Assembly (NCBI GenBank): GCA_050177605.1
Contig: JBFXGX010000004.1
Location: 1-64,000, forward strand
DNA: 64,000 nt
Reading direction: 5' to 3'
From: Candidatus Izemoplasmatales bacterium
GTDB taxonomy: Bacteria; Bacillota_I; Bacilli_A; Izemoplasmatales; Hujiaoplasmataceae
The notes below the pieces were generated by a model, which made no database searches, was not told where the DNA came from, and saw only the letters and a program-made list of their open reading frames with translations. Below are positions 61,372-64,000 of this stretch, in pieces. The number at the start of each line of letters is the position of its first letter. Position 1 is the stretch's first letter. The position numbers and the translations under genes were made by a program.

Positions 61372-63070
61372 TAGAAAATTAGCAATAGAAGAAGCTAATA
61401 AGATTGATTTTGAAATAATCGAGGCTCTACAAAAGGGTTCGCATTTTAGGGTTGACGCTGGGGCTGGTAGTGGAAAAACATATTCATTAATTAGAGCTGT
61501 TGAGTGGCTACAGGAAAATAAATGGAATGAGTTCAATAGAATGAATCAAAAGGTTGCATGTATCACTTATACGAATGCAGCAGTAGATGTAATTCGAAGT
61601 CGTTTAAAAAATGATTCATTCATCATACCATCAACAATTCATTCATTTGTCTGGGAAGCAATGAAGCAGTTTCAAATTGATTTACTTAGAAATGCAAAGG
61701 AGATTTTGATTGATAAAGATTACATAGATTTTAATTATGTAAAAAAAATAGAATATACATTAGGAAAAAGATATCAAGATGGTGATACTCTATATTTATT
61801 CCATGATGATGTAATTAAGTTATTCGTTATATTAATTGATAAGCCAAAATTTAGAACGATATTAAGTAATCAATATCCTATAATTCTGATTGATGAATAC
61901 CAAGATTCATTTAAATCTATCGTAGATAAATTTGTTGAGTATTTCATTGAAAACAAGTCTACACCTCAATTTGGATTTTTTGGTGATTCTTGGCAAACCA
62001 TTTATCAAATGCAAGGAGCTGTTGGTGAGATTAATAGCGATAATATAGTCATAATTCAAAAGAAATCAAACTTTCGCTCTGCAAGCAAAATTGTAGAAAT
62101 GCTTAATAGAATAAGACCGGAATTACAACAAATAACCGCTGAAGACAATTATGAAGGAAGTACTACAATAATTGATTGCAGTGATTATAAGGGTAGTAGA
62201 ATTCAGGGTGGACTGTTTTCAAATGATTTGCCAAACGACGTACTAATGGAGCGTATAGAGAATTTAGAAAATGTACTGTATAGAGACTTAACTAAAACCT
62301 GTAAGACTTTATTTTTAACACATCGAATAATTGCCAGTAATGAAGGTTACCCTGACTTGTTAAATCTTTTTGATGATGGTTTTAAAGACAAAACAGATGC
62401 TTTTTTGCTCTTTTTTATGGAGAAAGTTGAACTTATTGTCAGTGGTTTAGAACAGGGATTAACACAACAAATTTTTGATGTCTTAGGTTTAAAGCAATAT
62501 CCTATTAACGCGATTTCTGATAAGAAAAAATGGTATAAATTTAAAGATGACATATTTACAAGCAGAAATAAAAAAGTTATCGATGTACTAGATTCAATTA
62601 ATAACAGTGGATTGCTTACATTTCCGGAAGAGATTGAAAAAATATATAGTAATTATCCAAAAAATAATGAAGAACCCTACAGAAATGGGTCAATAGGTAA
62701 ATTAATGAATCTAGATTATTCACAGATATTAGCTGCAATCTCTTATCATAAACCAAACTCACTAGTGTCAACAAATCATGGTGTTAAAGGCGAAGAATAC
62801 GATAATGTAATTTTTGTTGTCAGCAAAGGTTGGAATAACTACAATTTTGATAAGTATCTACCAATGAGCCAAAAAGAACAAAAAGATAATTATGAATCAT
62901 ACAAAAGAAATAGAAACTTGTTTTATGTTTGCTGCTCTAGAGCTAAGTCAAATTTCATCATGTTCATAACATACCCCGTGTCAAATGGGTTTAAAGAATA
63001 TTTGACTAATTTGGTAGGTATCAATAACTACATGAGTTATGATCAATATATTAAACAGAATAATGCTTAA
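61364..63070 (+). CDS. gajB: UvrD-like SF1 helicase, GajB-like
   Basis: AGAGSGKT, TYTNAA, STIHSF, IDEYQD, GDSWQTIY, NFRS, HGVKGEEY, NLFYVCCSRA; GTG start after GAGG overlaps the gajA stop. Confidence 0.85.
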   Translation: MNNRKLAIEEANKIDFEIIEALQKGSHFRVDAGAGSGKTYSLIRAVEWLQENKWNEFNRMNQKVACITYTNAAVDVIRSRLKNDSFIIPSTIHSFVWEAMKQFQIDLLRNAKEILIDKDYIDFNYVKKIEYTLGKRYQDGDTLYLFHDDVIKLFVILIDKPKFRTILSNQYPIILIDEYQDSFKSIVDKFVEYFIENKSTPQFGFFGDSWQTIYQMQGAVGEINSDNIVIIQKKSNFRSASKIVEMLNRIRPELQQITAEDNYEGSTTIIDCSDYKGSRIQGGLFSNDLPNDVLMERIENLENVLYRDLTKTCKTLFLTHRIIASNEGYPDLLNLFDDGFKDKTDAFLLFFMEKVELIVSGLEQGLTQQIFDVLGLKQYPINAISDKKKWYKFKDDIFTSRNKKVIDVLDSINNSGLLTFPEEIEKIYSNYPKNNEEPYRNGSIGKLMNLDYSQILAAISYHKPNSLVSTNHGVKGEEYDNVIFVVSKGWNNYNFDKYLPMSQKEQKDNYESYKRNRNLFYVCCSRAKSNFIMFITYPVSNGFKEYLTNLVGINNYMSYDQYIKQNNA

Positions 63071-63448
63071 ATAGCGATTTATTATGTTATTCTGAAACAA
63101 GGGTTATTCACTTGTTTATTTGTAAAGTTGTGTTAAATGTAGATTTCAGTTGTAGTTATATATTTTCTTTGTTCGGTTCTATACTGACAATATTATTTTA
63201 AGGAATAGAGCCTTTTTTATTACGAATCTTGAAATATGTCTCTATCATTGCTGATTATTCTGAAAATTAACAAATGTCTTCTCTTTGAAAAAAATCGGAA
63301 TTCAGATATTATGATATATGCGCAATTATAGTGAATTAATTACTCAACCTCAAAGATAGATTCTTAAGGAACAAGAATTTGAACAATACAAGTAATTATT
63401 TCGTATGCAGGTTAAATAGATTTGCTTTAATCAGGGGGTATTCAATTG

Positions 63449-63886
63449 ATGAAAAAGGAAGATGTAGAGAAGAAAATAGAACAATTATGTTCTTTCATAG
63501 GAACACGTATTAATAAAAATTTGGCTACAACAGCCATAACTTGTTCTGGTTATGCTGCTGAACATAATATTCCTAGTCAAGACTCGTTAGCAATTGTTGG
63601 AGATCATGTTATAAAATTGTTAATTTCTTCGTCAAATTACAAAAAAACGCCTGTTATATCGAAAGAGAAACTACATCAAGCCGTAGATAAAAATGGACAA
63701 AATGAATTTTTGGAAAAAATAGGACAAGAGCAAAATATTGATAAATTTCTACTATATATAAACACTGATCTAGAAGGCAAAAAGAAAAGAGCTACATCTC
63801 TTGAAGCTATTATTGGCGCTGTTTATCTATCAAAGGGAAGCAAAGCAGTTGAAAAATTAGCACATAAGTTAAAAATACTTGAATAG
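63449..63886 (+). CDS. Stand-alone RNase III domain protein (Mini-III-like, no dsRBD)
   Basis: QDSLAIVGDHVIKL and ATSLEAIIGAVY signature segments; 146 aa. Confidence 0.78.
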   Translation: MKKEDVEKKIEQLCSFIGTRINKNLATTAITCSGYAAEHNIPSQDSLAIVGDHVIKLLISSSNYKKTPVISKEKLHQAVDKNGQNEFLEKIGQEQNIDKFLLYINTDLEGKKKRATSLEAIIGAVYLSKGSKAVEKLAHKLKILE

Positions 63887-64000
63887 ATATTGCTAAGGAT
63901 TTTACGAGTTCTATAATAAAATTAGAAAAAATAACTGAGGATTGCATTTCCTCAATAAGAGTTGATATCTCTTAAATGAACTATAACAGTTGGCGCTCTT

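Noticed and set aside
53534..64000. Island considered as a prophage, ICE or transposon
   Set aside because: No integrase, transposase, phage structural or conjugation genes and no tRNA attachment site within the window; mobility genes may lie beyond the edge
1..64000. Mycoplasma-type genetic code (TGA = Trp), and tRNA/rRNA genes
   Set aside because: Conserved Trp residues use TGG and several genes end in TGA with ATGA overlaps; no tRNA cloverleaf or rRNA-like sequence was recognised

Overview
Low-GC bacterial chromosome segment in standard genetic code. The gene set, the Thr-rich-linker lipoproteins and the GdpP-L9 arrangement suggest a free-living Mollicutes-related Bacillota such as Izemoplasmatales/Acholeplasmatales (inference). 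1-12.4 kb is core: a NuoE/NuoF/2Fe-2S (hydrogenase-type) operon, ychF, a CinA-C protein, an MFS transporter, rpsF-ssb-rpsR, a gdpP-rplI in-frame fusion, dnaB and prfA-prmC. 12.4-30.2 kb holds ankyrin and YcxB-like membrane genes, a dps-perR-peroxiredoxin cluster with a Per box, a PadR pair, flavoproteins, a cysteine desulfidase, a truncated zeta-toxin-like gene and a six-gene proBAC-aconitase-isocitrate dehydrogenase-citrate synthase operon. 30.3-53.4 kb is accessory surface/transport DNA: paralogous lipoproteins, some with dockerin-like Ca-binding repeats, and three fused MacB-type ABC transporters. 53.5-64 kb is an apparent anti-phage defence island, preceded by one of two near-identical copies of a ~110-nt long-hairpin leader. 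It reads MBL-fold hydrolase, Thg1-like 3'-5' nucleotidyltransferase, small membrane protein, reverse transcriptase-nitrilase fusion (DRT1-like), Gabija-like OLD nuclease + UvrD helicase, and a stand-alone Mini-III-like RNase III domain. The MBL/Thg1/TM/RT-nitrilase block is the best candidate for an undescribed system. All calls rest on motifs read by eye; no database search was run.
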